Shown here piece by piece: positions 1 to 12,607 of a stretch of 64,000 bases of DNA. This DNA is from Amphiscolops sp. MND2022. Taxonomy: Eukaryota. The translations under genes and the position numbers were made by a program. The notes beneath the pieces were generated by a model that was given only the letters and a program-made list of their open reading frames with translations, was not told the DNA's origin and ran no database searches. The stretch's first letter is position 1. Each line of letters begins with the position of its first letter. The DNA lies in contig OZ076409.1 of NCBI GenBank assembly GCA_964187785.1, positions 92,692,001 to 92,756,000 on the forward strand. The letters are read 5' to 3'.

Positions 1-536
1 CTATATTGGAAGTACAATAAGACTTCATCACTGAATGGATAAATTGGGATCACAACCTTAATCGGAAATAGACAAAAATAAAGGTTGTTGGACTGGCGCA
101 AAGTTCGAATCACCTAATAAACCCTTTTGAGTTATTCTCTACTTATAATTTTTCTATGAAATAAAATTAGAAAAATGTGATTCTATCGAACTAAAAACTA
201 TCTTGAACCTCTTGCCAAGATCTTGCAAATTCCTACATATTCCCTCTTTGCTCTTGAAGTCTTCGTAAAAACTTGTTTATTGTTGCTTCACACAAAGGAC
301 TTCAAAACTTCGCACTCGCCTCTTTTCACACGTCTAAAAATTGATACGTTCAAACAAACATTGTTAATGTTCACGTTCATTTTGCTACTGTTCACTTCAC
401 CAGGTATACCATCATTCTTTGGGGTGTTGGTTACAGGACAACACAAAGTATGACAATTCAAGATTTGATAGCTTGGTTGTTAGCGAGGATGGCGAAGGTA
501 CGCTAATCAAGCAGCTGTTGCAGACAAATTTGATTG

Positions 537-1294
537 CCCGGGTTTCCCTCCCATACGAAAACAAGTTGATCATATTTTGGACCATAAAGGTTTATGGTTC
601 CAGGATGACCATATGTGGGTCCAGAGTATGGTCACCCTGGAACCATAAACCTTTATGGCCCAGAGTATGGTTAGCCTGGAGCCATAAAAAGAAAATTAGG
701 ATAACGTAGTCAATTAACGCCTACACTGATGAAATTACTAGATATTTCCCAACCAAAGTGCCAATACAATCACCGAACAACAAACAAGGAAGTAGTCATC
801 AATTTTCGGCAGCTTTTGCAGAATTATTGGTAATTTTTTTCCAAAAGAATAAAAAATACACTGCAAAGTGGGTACTGTTATTACACAGTAGTTAGTTATT
901 AACTAAGTGGTGGCTGAGAACAAATTGAGTGACTATAGTTTGTCTTTAACTCCGCTAAAAGAGTTCTGACCTGCAATGTATCGTTCGCAAATACAAAAGG
1001 TAGAATGTGGCTCTATTGCCTTCAGCCTATAAAGCTGGCGGATCTCAATATCTGAAAATTTTTGTTTAGGTTTGTCAAGTCAACACGTGCTTGGAACAAA
1101 AGTTTAGGATTTCAGGTTGTCCATACTCTGAACTATATATGGTCCATACTGGGCCATGAAAGTTTATGGCTTCAGGCTGACCATACACTGGACCATATAT
1201 GATTCCAGGCCGATCATGGCAAGGTCATAGTAAGGAAATTTGTATGGTGCCATAATATGGTCAAATTATGATGGGCCTGGTCGGGAAACCCGGG
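537..1294. mobile_element. Non-autonomous TIR element (MITE) with CCATA/TATGG-rich subterminal inverted repeats
   Basis: Perfect 12-bp TIR CCCGGGTTTCCC (537-548) / GGGAAACCCGGG (1283-1294); both arms built from repeated GACCATA/TATGGTC/CCAGG motifs; no clear TSD. Confidence 0.7.
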
Positions 1295-1776
1295 TGTTTT
1301 TATTCACAGGTGCACGCTTTTCCTTTAAAGGTCTTGTTAATATCTTGAATGATAATATTCATGGCACTCTTGATAAAAATCTTGTCAAGGTTTCCAAATA
1401 GATTTTCAGACACCGAGAATCACTTCTGCACTAAGTTCAATGCCCGAGCTGTTGAAGTATGACCATGGGCGACGACTTTGGCAGTTCCGGTAGTTTTTGA
1501 AGAGAGCTGGTCGAATAATGGAGCTATCCTGTATCCAAAAGGCAACTTCTTGCAAAATGGTCATTTGCTCAAATGGCACCATTTATGTTTGAAACTCAAT
1601 TCAGCTACATAAATTCTGTTCGTCAAACTTAAAAGGTCAAAAAAATTCTTAAAACTCGCGATTGAACGCCACTTCTTACCAGTAAAAACGTAAAACCTAG
1701 TGCTATGTTTAAGCGATGAAAGGCTTGCGGGGAACTTTTAGAGCGTTTTCCAATTTTTGCTACGATTGTGATCCGG

Positions 1777-2719
1777 TTTTAGTCGGCGCTTCCGATACAA
1801 AAACTGACTGTTAGTTTTTGAGACCAGAGAACTGACACATTTTTGTAAGTTCTATAAATTCCTTGGTTACAACTTGAGAACGACACGACCACTGGGCAAA
1901 GTGGAAGATTGTGTGGCTCTAAAGCAAGGGTGCGTAGATTCGAATCCAAGGATGGACATAGTTTTCCAATTTTTGCAAAACTAAACTCGAGATCAATTTT
2001 GGATTTTTTCGGTTTTTGGATTTTGCGTTTAACAAGCTCTAAAAGTATCCTTTCGGGTTTTTCGGCTCTGAGACTTTTGTAGAAATTGTTTTCATCAAAT
2101 AATTGGGTTTTCTGATGTTTCTTGCTCAAAAAGTTGTTTGCGTTTCTCAAGAGCACTCCTTATGGTATTTGTTGTCACTGTTAATTGAAAAGTTTCAAAA
2201 CAGTTGTCCCTTTGATATCTCAAACAAGTTACTTTTTTAACCTTGGACCGGTTTCAATAGAGAATACCTTAGTGATATTGATTTAGTCAATGATTTCCTG
2301 ACATTTCTATCAACACTAGAGACGTAAAAATTGGTTTCGACTCAATTCAATTGATACAAGGTACACAATATACATGAAACGTTCAACTGAACAAAAGCGA
2401 CAATTCATCAAAAGTAAAACAAATAGCTTGAAAATGTTTGAAAGCTTCAAAGCAAATTGTGAGAAAATTGTACCAAAGCATTTATGTCATTCTGAATTCA
2501 GGCTTGTGGTCTTCGTGAAGACAATCAGGGCTTTCAATTGGATTTTCGAACTGTTGGGCTGGGGGACCGCTAGCGCGGGTCCCCGCGCGCAAATTTGTTT
2601 GCGCGAAGTCCTCCGCTGGCATGTGGCTTCAGCAAACTGGCTCCGGACTTTGCGCCAAAACTTTGCACTTTTTGAGAACCTCGACCGAGGCGCTGACTTG
2701 GGTCGTTCCAGGCTTGTTT
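1777..2719 (+). mobile_element. Helentron-associated (HINE/DINE-1-like) non-autonomous element, long variant
   Basis: Starts TTTTAGTCGGCGC and ends GGCGCTGACTTGGGTCGTTCCAGGCTTGTT, the same end architecture as copies at 8651, 52859 and 55395. Confidence 0.6.
2520..2668 (+). repeat. GC-rich ~150-bp dispersed repeat, second copy at 18059-18208
   Basis: ACAATCAGGGCTTTCAA...GTGGCTTCAGCAAACTGGCTCCGGACTTTGCGCC present at both sites. Confidence 0.85.
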
Positions 2720-3901
2720 GTCTCAAGCGGAATTAGACGTTCGCATCTCAAAAAGCATCTAGATATTCAACAATTTTATTGTAGTTGAACAATAAAAAAT
2801 TGAAAATAATTTTTCAAAAAAAAGCATTTTACCTAGTCAATTTTTTATTCAAAATCGGCTATTCTGCCTCGTTTTGAAAATCGGCTATTTTGTCTCATGT
2901 AAAAACGGCTTTTTTGTCCCGTGCATCCCCACAAATAAATTAGGTGACAGAAGAAATGAACTTGAGAGGAAGTGGAATATTCGAAAAATGATTGAGGTGA
3001 AATGAACGTGGGGTGAAATGACACTAAACCCGGAAATCATTTCCACTTCAGTTATTTGATACGCAAACCGCACATTCGGCAAAGATTAATAAGGAAGGTT
3101 TCGGTTGTCTTTCTATGATCTTGTAATGAATTCATAGCTATTGAGAAGATTGGCGGCGTACGGAAGGTAACGCGATTCCGTTCATAAAGTACTTTTTCCA
3201 ACCATCCACTTTATGCTAACCCATGTTAATAGCGAATGACTACATGTAGTTCCACATGACTACGTTTATCGTGACGGAGATTAAACAAAATGAAAAAAAA
3301 ACCGTTCCTAGTTGCTGAACGAAGACACGTTTGAATGAGTAGACTGTGCCGTATTAGCACACTTGGAACAACCGCTTATGACACAATTGGTGTTCGAAAA
3401 GACAGTTCAACCGTGAGAAAATGAACTGTATTAAAAATTAAAAGCCGCATATCTCAACGAGTGAATGACCGAAAACAAACGTCATGTCATGCCTATTTTA
3501 CGAACAGAGCATTGGTTCAAAAGATTAATTCCACAGGCGTCTTTACAATAATAATCATGAAAAACCTTTTTTGGAATTATCTGTCTTACATTCGATACTT
3601 CGCTGTGAAATTATATGCAGGAAATAGGGAACAAGGAATGAATGTTCTATGTCGTTGCTCTCAATTCATGTAGCTTCATTAATTTTCTTCTGGAACATCC
3701 GATTAGGAAAAATCTTTTCGAAGATGAATGAGCAATGTGAAACTAACCATATTCCGCAACTTTTGCAATTTCTTCAGAACAAACTTGAGCACCAATTTTT
3801 CCCCTTCACTGAGAGAGAAAATGGGACGATGAACCTACCAAGCTATGGATTGACCTTTACAGAATACCCGAACACGTGTGAACTCAATGACAATACGTAG
3901 A

Positions 3902-4357
3902 CAGAGGTGTAAAAATTTATATTGTATTGCAATATATTGCAATTAAATACAATTAATATATTTATTTAGTTGGAGCAAAAATACAACATATTTATTGAAA
4001 TAAGGCAAATATTGTCAGAGCTCAACAATATATTGCGCAAAAAATATTGCAAAATACAAATAAAATTTCATTTAATATGCATTTTAAACGGACTAGAAGT
4101 TAAAGACTATCGAGGGAGAAATTCACTAAGCTGTTCGCTAATTTCGAGAAAGTAGTTTTTCTTTATACAAATAAACAACATTGGGATGTTTGCCTTGTAA
4201 ATGAATGTTTCTCTGGCCCATAAAATATTTCACAATATATTGTTTTTCTAAAATATTGCAAGACAATAAATACAATATATTTATTGCTGAAACTGAATCA
4301 AACAATATATTAATTTTTTTGAAAACATATACTCAAATACAATATTTCACACTCCTG
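3902..4357. mobile_element. hAT-type MITE
   Basis: CAG...CTG termini with imperfect TIR (CAGAGGTGTAAAA / revcomp CAGGAGTGTGAAA), perfect 8-bp TSD TACGTAGA (3894-3901, 4358-4365), internal CAATATATTG repeats. Confidence 0.85.
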
Positions 4358-5964
4358 TACGTAGATGCATGTCCTAAAGGCTATCAATAATATGTGCAAT
4401 AATATGTAGGAAAACTATTGCATGTTACAAATTGCGACAAATGATGGAGTTCCCATAGGATTTTTGGCAATAGGGCACATCCGAAGTGAGTGGTATGGAG
4501 AAATGGACTTTCGCTGAGTTATTCAGTCTCTCAACAATATCAGAAGTAGGAAATACCCAATCGAGATTAGCTATCGCCGTTATTGATTTTATACACAAGC
4601 AATACAATGGCGCTCTAAAAAATTCGACTTAGCTGCGTGAAATGTCCAATTTCATTGTCTAAAATCTCAAAAAGTAACGAAAATACTGCTAAAAGACCGT
4701 TTCTTGGAATTTCATCTTGATTTTTGTCTCAAACTACTACGGGCAGAAATTAAAAAGTTACAAAAGCTGTTTTCAGAAGTTTAAATATAAAACACATCTT
4801 TATACATGTAATTTTAAATTTCCTTAATGAAAAATTGATTTTGTTCAACTTTTGTAGGAAGTTGAAAAAGACATTGACATTCGGGGAAAATATGGTGATA
4901 TTTCAGCGTATTTTAGTGAGGAAATGACCCGAGAATTACGTAGAAAACATGAACAAATTGATATTTAGCTGTGATCGGAGCATTATAATCCGATAGGATT
5001 TGTAAAGCAAAATCTAATCAGCCAATGAGATTCGAGAATGGCAGTTACTTTGCGCTGTAGGGTCGCATTCTTTTGGCTCACCACTGTGCAATGCAATTAC
5101 TGCATACCATGCTGTAATAAATGAATTGAACCCTTGATTGTAAAAAAAATTGATTAAGACAGCAAACAAATTAGCTTGAAACCAGAGTAATTTTGAAGGA
5201 ATGTGAAGAATGTTTGAACAAACATCATTCAATTTGCAAAGGTATTCATTCCATAATCAGTTTGGCAGTTTTGTGAATCGCTAATATAATTTTGACTTCG
5301 TGTATTTACCACTGCTTCTTGATCTACGGCCAAGTTTTGTAAATTTGGGCGTCCCAGAGACCTGGTTTTGCAATTTTGTACTGGTGACAGCAGTTACTCC
5401 ATCTACTGACGACGATAATGTTTTCTTTACAGAAATCTCGAAAAAAAACTTTTACTTACATATGGGTAATGTCGAAATTGAATTTCATACCGGATCTTTA
5501 TACATTGCATTCAAGTATTTTTTGAAATGTCCCGTTTGAGAAAGTTTTCGAAAAATCTTGCAATATAACATCTCAAAGACTCTTCTGTTGAAAAAATATC
5601 TGAACGATTGAAAAACGAAAAATAGCTTTCAAAGCGGTTGAAATTTGAATACAACTAAGTTAGAAGCGAAATCAGTAGTAAAATGCATAGTTTTGATCTG
5701 AGAATTTTCAAACAAAAATGTTCATAATCAGCGTTAAAAATTAAACTCAGTTTTACAGTTCTCGAAAATAGCCTTTCGTTTAGAAGATTTTGATCTCCTT
5801 CAATGAAAAATTTGATTTTATTATTATTATCAATTATATTAAAGTTTCTCATCAAATGTATTAATGGGTATTTTCTATTAATTCCACCTCACTAATTTAA
5901 CCCCCATTTAAGCGGTCAAGTGAAATTATCATTGAATTGATAGTAACAACCAATCAGGTTGCAG

Positions 5965-6510
5965 GGCACCACGACAATTCGTACAAACTACATTTCGTAC
6001 AATAGCCAAAAACCCGACATTTCGTACACGGACAATTGGTACAAAAATGAAACCGGACATTTCGTACAAAAGACATTTCGTACAAAATTAAATTGAACAG
6101 ATTTGCAAAATAGGTCTCAAACAACAGAATTACTAGCTTTGAGTGCTGTTACAGCCAATATGTATGGAACTTGATTCAATTAAAGAGGTTAGCATATATG
6201 TTGTATGGCTCGGTCGCTTCGCTCCCTTCGCCAAGTAGCAACATTGAGGCATGGCCAAATGGCACGTCGCTGCGCTTCGCTTCGCTCCTGTATTTAGGGC
6301 ACTAGGGGTATGTAAACATAGCTGACTACGTTATAATAATGTTGTGTAATATAAATTGCACGAAATGACGGGTTTCATTTTTGTACGAAATGTCTGGTTT
6401 CGTTTTTGTACGAAATGTCTGATTTCGCTTTTGTACGAAATGTCTGGTTTTAGTTTTTGTACGAGATGTCGCGTGTACGAAATGTCGTGTGTACGAATTG
6501 TCGTGCCCCC
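5965..6510. mobile_element. Mutator-like foldback MITE with GACATTTCGTACA repeat arms and core A
   Basis: GG termini, TIR CACGACAATTCGTAC, 9-bp TSD AGGTTGCAG/AAGTTGCAG, inverted arrays of GACATTTCGTAC. Confidence 0.85.
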
Positions 6511-6699
6511 AAGTTGCAGTATTTAATGATTTTCGCGCTTACTGCGGGGGCGGAATTAACAGAAAAGATCCTGTTATTGTATGCACACCCTTGATTATTA
6601 AACAAAGATAATAAAACAAGACGCCCGCTATGCATCGGGATATTTTCCGCCTTCAATTGGCTAACAATAGACACTTAATCGAAAATTAACCTCCTCATT

Positions 6700-6940
6700 G
6701 GTAAAACGCAATTTACTTCGGGTATAACGTCAATAGTTGGGATATAGCGTGCTGGGACAAATGAGAGCGCATTTTTTCGAATCTCCGCCTCCTCTTTAGT
6801 AAAACGCAGCATAGTTTGGATATAAAGTCAAAAATTCGGAAATAGCGCAATATTTCCGAACTTCCGTTTCCCCCCTAGTAAAACGCAATTTACTTCGTAT
6901 ATAACGTTAAACGTTCGGATAAAGCGTGCTGGGACAAATA
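6700..6940. repeat. Degenerate tandem repeat (about 3 units beginning GTAAAACGCA)
   Basis: GTAAAACGCAATTTACTTCG...AGCGTGCTGGGACAAAT at ~6701 and ~6878, with a diverged unit at ~6799. Confidence 0.7.
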
Positions 6941-7403
6941 GCAGCTCTTTTTCTAAGCAACAAATAAGCACCAGGATAATAAATAAAAAGTGGAGATTTG
7001 GCAAAATTTGTGAAAAAAACGCAACACAGATTATGATTTTCCTCCCCCAAATAAATTAGTGAGGGCGGAAAAAATAATAATGCATGCAACATTTGAAGAC
7101 TAGAGAAATGAAGAAAATTTTTACTATGAAACATATGCAAAACTATAATTACCAATGACTTAACTTGGCGCTCTACTTCGTTAGTTCGAAACTAATCAAA
7201 TAAGTGAAATTCAATGAAAAAACGCTTAAATTCAATACTTCAAAATTGACGCACAAAAGAAGAGCAGATAGAACAGAACGTTATCATCTCATCTCCTAAC
7301 TGTTAATTAACTCTACAGAATGTACACGAATTTACACAGGAACTGTTTTGACCGTCGACTACAAAATATAGCGTCGATCAATTCTGTTGACTGGTGGCTT
7401 GTT

Positions 7404-7646
7404 TCACTTTTCGTATAAATGCTTGTTTTTGAGGAGAAACGCAGCCATGTACTCTATCGGGTTGGGGGGTCGTTCTTTAGCAATAGTGTTCATTCCTTGC
7501 AGTACAATTGGCACAACAGTCTGCTCTAGGTATTGTCTGGCGGGTAGGTTGTCCACGCCTCCGGCTGCGAGACGTCGCTTGGATTCGTCCAGAGCAGGCG
7601 AGTCCAGTTTTTCCGTTATTTCTTTAGCTTCCTGCTGCTGACTCAT
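7404..7646 (-). CDS. DPY30: Protein dpy-30 homolog (COMPASS/SET1 complex subunit), 80 aa
   Basis: Dpy-30 motif [44 protein letters not shown] at 7646 lies just after a splice-acceptor-like TTTTTGCAG (AG at 7654-7653), suggesting a 5' intron. Confidence 0.93.
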   Translation of the reverse strand: MSQQQEAKEITEKLDSPALDESKRRLAAGGVDNLPARQYLEQTVVPIVLQGMNTIAKERPPNPIEYMAAFLLKNKHLYEK

Positions 7647-8650
7647 TGCAATCTGCAAAAACTTTCATAGTCTTCAAGATGTTCGAAAACGACAGAGAAT
7701 GGAATTGATTAACGAACGTTTTGGTGGCAAAAAATTACGTAGAGTTTTAAAAGCTATCGAACAAAGGAAGGGTACCCTAGTTGAACATGCTTGAACTTTT
7801 TACATGTTCTTTAATGTTGCCAGCAACTTTTATTATGATTTTCTAAATATCTTACGGAAACTTTAATGCGTTAATATTTCCATTGTCGCCAACTTTTAAA
7901 TGCAATTTAACTTCATTCACAATGTAAACAGCAAACTACGCGTCATCTTCAGCGTCCTATTTGAGAAGCGGTGATTAAATCAGATCAATATTTGAGAAAT
8001 CAATGTGTGAATACATCGTGATCGTGTCCGTAAAAGAAGTGTGAAATATTCTCAAATTTAATTGCAGTAGTGGAAAATGCAGTGTAATTCTACAAGATTT
8101 ACCAACGGAAACTTACTGAATTTTCTAGGTTTTATAAAAAATTACCCTGCGTGCAGGCCTGCAGCATGTAAAAAGTTCCAGCAGTCTCAACTAGGGTAAA
8201 ATTGACCTTCATAGTGACAAAACTGTTACGATTCTGATTCGCAAACCTATTACATGCTTTCAAAGCATCTTTTATACGGTTATGGACAGGGGTGGTCAAT
8301 ATAAAACATGGGTCTTTTAAAACAGCTTTATTTTAAATAAAATACATTCCGATCAAAGGTTTTTTTTCTTTTCATGTACATGTAATCGATGTAGAAAGAC
8401 AAGTAGGCGTCAAAATGAACAATTTTATAAAATTGTCAAGTGAAAATGAAAGCATATCCTGGAGAATTACTAATATTGGCACTCGAAATGGTATGCCTAG
8501 TCCGGTGGATTAGAGAGATTTTCTCAACAATTGATTCCATTCACTCCGATCTTCGCAACAGGCTTGGAGTTCAGAAAGTTGAAAAACTTACTTTTGTGAT
8601 ACAATATTTGAACCATACATGTATTTCATAAATTCATTCTTTCAAGCTTG

Positions 8651-9082
8651 TTTTTAGTCGGCGCCTTTTCCTTTAAGGAAAAAAGCCCGACTATTACAGT
8701 GGCTAGTTTTTCTTTTTTTTCGTCAGACCACAGAGCTCATCGCGTATGTACCACTTTTCACAGAAACTGATGACTACTCATACCAAGTCAGGCCAATGGA
8801 AACTTAGTGCAAAGGGTCCCCCCTTTCATTTTTTTTACCTTTTTTCCTTTTTTACGTAACCTACAAAACCGGAAGAGACCAAAGGGTCCCCCCTTTCAAT
8901 TTTTTTTCGGCACTGTGCGAAATTTTTTTTCGAAAATTTTTTAAGGTCTCAAAAGAGTCCCCCCTTCGAAAATTTTTTAAGGTCTCAAAAGAGTCCCCCC
9001 TTCACGTCCTGAGCATATTTAGAAAACTTTGCGCTTCTTGAGCCTTAGATATAGCGCCGACTTTAGACGTTCCCGTCTTGTT
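8651..9082 (+). mobile_element. Helentron-associated (HINE/DINE-1-like) element
   Basis: T-run ends, subterminal inverted repeats AGTCGGCGC / GCGCCGACT, 5' partner CCCGACT, 3' hairpin AGACG-TTCC-CGTCT then TGTT; internal ~36-bp tandem duplication at ~8932-9003; ends nearly identical to the copy at 55395. Confidence 0.8.
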
Positions 9083-9924
9083 CTGCCTTTGTTCGAGGGA
9101 ATTTTGAGCATGTTTTAAAACTTTCGTTTTGTTTAAAAATTAATTTAGAACATAGAATTGCCAACCCTGGTTATGTCGCTTGAACAATACATTCGTTTTG
9201 ATTTGAAACTTTCAGTTGTTAGCTTTGTAGCCATTTGAAGATGAGAAAGTCCTTAACCTTAGAATTCATGTGAATGCTATGAACAGACAAAATTTCAACC
9301 ACTCAAGCACATTTGAAACAACACAGTTCGATTGAAAGTGTGCCAAATGTAACTCATAACAGATTCAAATCTTTCAGTGTCCAAAATCGTTTTTCAACCA
9401 GAAATCACTCTAATGAGCCAAAAATTCAAAATTAATCAATTAAAGTTCACTTTAATGTTATCAGTGCACCTCACATAAACTCGCGGAATTCTGTCACAGT
9501 CGCTCTTCAGGAAAATAGTTATTTCCAAATAGTTCGTGACGCAAAAATTACATGATTAGGAGCAGTAAAGAGGTTTTATAACTCAATCAACAAGTAAGTA
9601 CTCAGTATAAATTCAAAACAGTTGTCTCTGTGAATTTTTATTTTATTTGTTAGTAACATTACAAATTTGAAGATGAGGATGTCGTATACAAATATAATAT
9701 CTATATACAACAGAATCTTTTGGAGGATAATGGTTCAAGGAAGAAAACAATTTCATAGAGATTACTCCATCCGGCAAAAACAAATTTAGCGAAACAGATC
9801 TCTTCATGCGCAGAGCTGTCAATCTGAAAATTTACTTGATTTCTTCAGTTATAAGGCAAAAAACTTTGATATTCTCTCTGATTTAAAACATCAAAATCAT
9901 ACAACGCAATTAATAAATATTCTG

Positions 9925-11184
9925 TCATGAGGGAATCGCCATTTGATTGATGACATGATTTTCAATTGTTTTCTGGGGATTCTTCGAAGGGTTTTCCAAA
10001 ATGTCTTTAGCAACAGCATCTTTGCACTCTTTCAGCAACTGTTTGGCACCTTTAGCCAGCAAATCTTTGGCCAAATTTGAGCCCATTTCACTGGCAGCTT
10101 TCATAGATTTGAAATCCGTGATAATTTCCGGGTTCATACCAGTCAATTCAACAGATGCCCATTCGGTATCTCCATGTTCCGATATGTGACCATTCTCTTC
10201 AGAGGTTTCGTGAGGTTTCCGCAAGATTGCACTGGTCTGTGAAAAAAGTTGTTTATTTCCGTCCAAACTCAATACCCGGCCAATCATATGAATATAAACA
10301 ACAGGTTCCCGTGAAATGATATTATGGTTGTTGTAGAGATCAGAATCACCAAAATCAACCCAATTCACTTCTGGTTTGTTTGTAACGAGAGTAGCGACCC
10401 CTACAGGAGTGCTACAACCCCCGTCTAGACCCTTGAGGAAAGCTCTTTCCGCTAAGCAACAGCAAAGAGTTTGTGGGTCATTCAGTGGCTTCAACAGCTT
10501 TAGTACCCTGTTATCACCCCTTCGCAACTCCACAGCTAACGCCCCTTGCCCAACCGCATAGCAACAGGAATCCACACCAGGGTCTAAAGTGAACGAAATT
10601 CTGTCCGACCATCCTAAACGCGCAACACCTGCTTCAGCCAAAACTATCGCGTCAAAATTTCCATTTTCGTCCAACTTACGCAGCCTAGTATTCAGATTTC
10701 CACGAATACTCTCAAACTCAATATGAGGATACTTCCTTTTGAGTTGTGCAACTCTTCTTAACGAACTAGTTCCAACTTTGGAGCCCACGGTCAAGTCTTG
10801 AAGACTCTTGATTTGCTTGTTTTGAAGATCCCTCCTCAAGATCACAGCATCGAAAGGACTTTCACGTTTGAGAATGGCTCCAATTTCGAAATCATCCGCC
10901 AAAGTAGTTGGCAAGTCTTTCAAGCTGTGCACTATTAAATCGACTTTTTCGTTTTTCAGGGCAATCTCAAGCTCTTTCGTGAAAAGATTCTTTTCTCCAA
11001 CTTTAGCCAAAGCTCTGTCCAAAATTTGGTCTCCGATTGTTTTCATAGATATAATTTCAAAGTCGACATCTTCATTGGAATGATGCTTCTCAAGGAGCTC
11101 GATAACCTTTTCCGTTTGCACCATAGCCAATTGGCTGTCTCGGGATCCAATTCGGATGGTCTTCATATCTTTTCGACGCTTCAT
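9925..11184 (-). CDS. HMBS: Porphobilinogen deaminase (hydroxymethylbilane synthase), single coding exon, 419 aa
   Basis: IRIGSRDSQLA, EKNLFTKELE, VHSLKDLPT, GTSSLRR, IRGNLNTRL, AVGQGAL and cofactor-binding ERAFLKGLDGGCSTP motifs. Confidence 0.97.
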   Translation of the reverse strand: MKRRKDMKTIRIGSRDSQLAMVQTEKVIELLEKHHSNEDVDFEIISMKTIGDQILDRALAKVGEKNLFTKELEIALKNEKVDLIVHSLKDLPTTLADDFEIGAILKRESPFDAVILRRDLQNKQIKSLQDLTVGSKVGTSSLRRVAQLKRKYPHIEFESIRGNLNTRLRKLDENGNFDAIVLAEAGVARLGWSDRISFTLDPGVDSCCYAVGQGALAVELRRGDNRVLKLLKPLNDPQTLCCCLAERAFLKGLDGGCSTPVGVATLVTNKPEVNWVDFGDSDLYNNHNIISREPVVYIHMIGRVLSLDGNKQLFSQTSAILRKPHETSEENGHISEHGDTEWASVELTGMNPEIITDFKSMKAASEMGSNLAKDLLAKGAKQLLKECKDAVAKDILENPSKNPQKTIENHVINQMAIPS

Positions 11185-12607
11185 TCAGACGTTGTGGAGC
11201 TTTGAAGAAGTTCGAAGAGTTTGGCGTAGCCTAGTTCAATGAACATACATTGTGATCTAAAATCATTCGAAAGATAAGATTACTCGTTACCACCAACTGT
11301 AAGGAACGAAAGGTACCCAACATGTTCACTTATGATTGATATCAGTCAGAGTTATTTGGGCATGCATGAATGTACGTCAGCGTATCTCAATAATGCTCCT
11401 AGAGTGTAAACTTTCTGCAAGATAAATAACCCCATCTAGTCACAAGCAAACTCGAAATAGACTTAAGTATCAACAGAGCGATCATTATCAATTGGTTCTT
11501 GGGGTTCAAATATTTGGGACTTACATACATGCGAATCTTTGAACACCGTCTAGAGATCGAAAGAAATGAACTTGACAGCTTTAAGGCACAGCGAGACGTT
11601 TGGCTCAACGGGATTTCCGAAGTATTTCCATTTAGTTGAGTGGTTTATCGAGCAATCAGTTTCGACTGCCTCGTTAAAGAGCAACTATAAATTACATGTC
11701 ACGAGACAATACAGATAACAGAAGGTTGAGTCTATACTAAACTAAGAACAAATTTTGGTTCTTTTCTATTTTCCCCATCGCCTATTTTTTGGAAAAAAAT
11801 GTGAAAATATTGTATTTGAAAGTCTTAGAACCAAATTAGAAAGCTTTACTTTAATGTATATTCTCAGGATGACAGTTTAGATATTAGATACAAACTTTGT
11901 TCACGCTATTTTCCCCTTTGAAGTCACCCATTCTTGATGAAAACTCAACAGCTTCCTGTTTTGAGTCACAAAAAAGTTAATTTCCAACATATACACAGTC
12001 AAAATGTGTGAAAAATGCTTTGTTCAAATGAAAAACTATTTGTTCATAACTTATTTTCATGTTATGGAAAATTGTTTTGAAATTTTTTTTTGTGAATTTC
12101 TCTCGAAAAATTTTGATGAGGGAAACAGATAAGACCCCAAATTTTCCAGCTTTAGCTGATGTCAATTCATTTATGAGGAATTACAGTCCCTAGAAAACAG
12201 CAAAAATCAACTTCTAAGGAGCGAAAGATCTTATGTAACATCGATACTATCATGTCACGGTAGAAATCATATTCAGGTTAATTTCAGAGTGAAATTTTTG
12301 TTTTGCAGAAATTTGGGTTCAATATAAACATGGGTCGGAATAACGACTAGAATACCTGAAGCGAATAAACAAAAAAAAACATTTCAAAGGGATTCATGAT
12401 TTCAAAACGAAATGTTGAATCAATATTCTAATCTTTAACTGTAAAAAATTATCATTTTATAAAACTTATAGAAAATACAAATTTAAAGTGGAAAATATTC
12501 ACAAAAACATTTGAGAATTGGAGAAAGGCATTCGAAGAGTGGCAAGAGAAACGAATTGGAAAGAAGGTAATTAGTGAAAAGCTATGAATACTTCAGTTGT
12601 TGTTAGC

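Noticed and set aside
1887..1958. Amber suppressor tRNA (CTCTAAA loop)
   Set aside because: Acceptor, anticodon and T stems do not pair properly; it lies inside a repeat, so it is a tRNA-derived relic at best
7387..7641. Plus-strand ORF overlapping DPY30 (and similar shadow ORFs over HMBS and SLC25A10)
   Set aside because: Antisense shadows of real coding sequence with no independent evidence
9925..11184. Bacterial hemC acquired by horizontal transfer (intronless)
   Set aside because: The sequence has eukaryote-type features (EKNLFTKELE, domain-3 insertion) and lies among eukaryotic genes with spliceosomal introns
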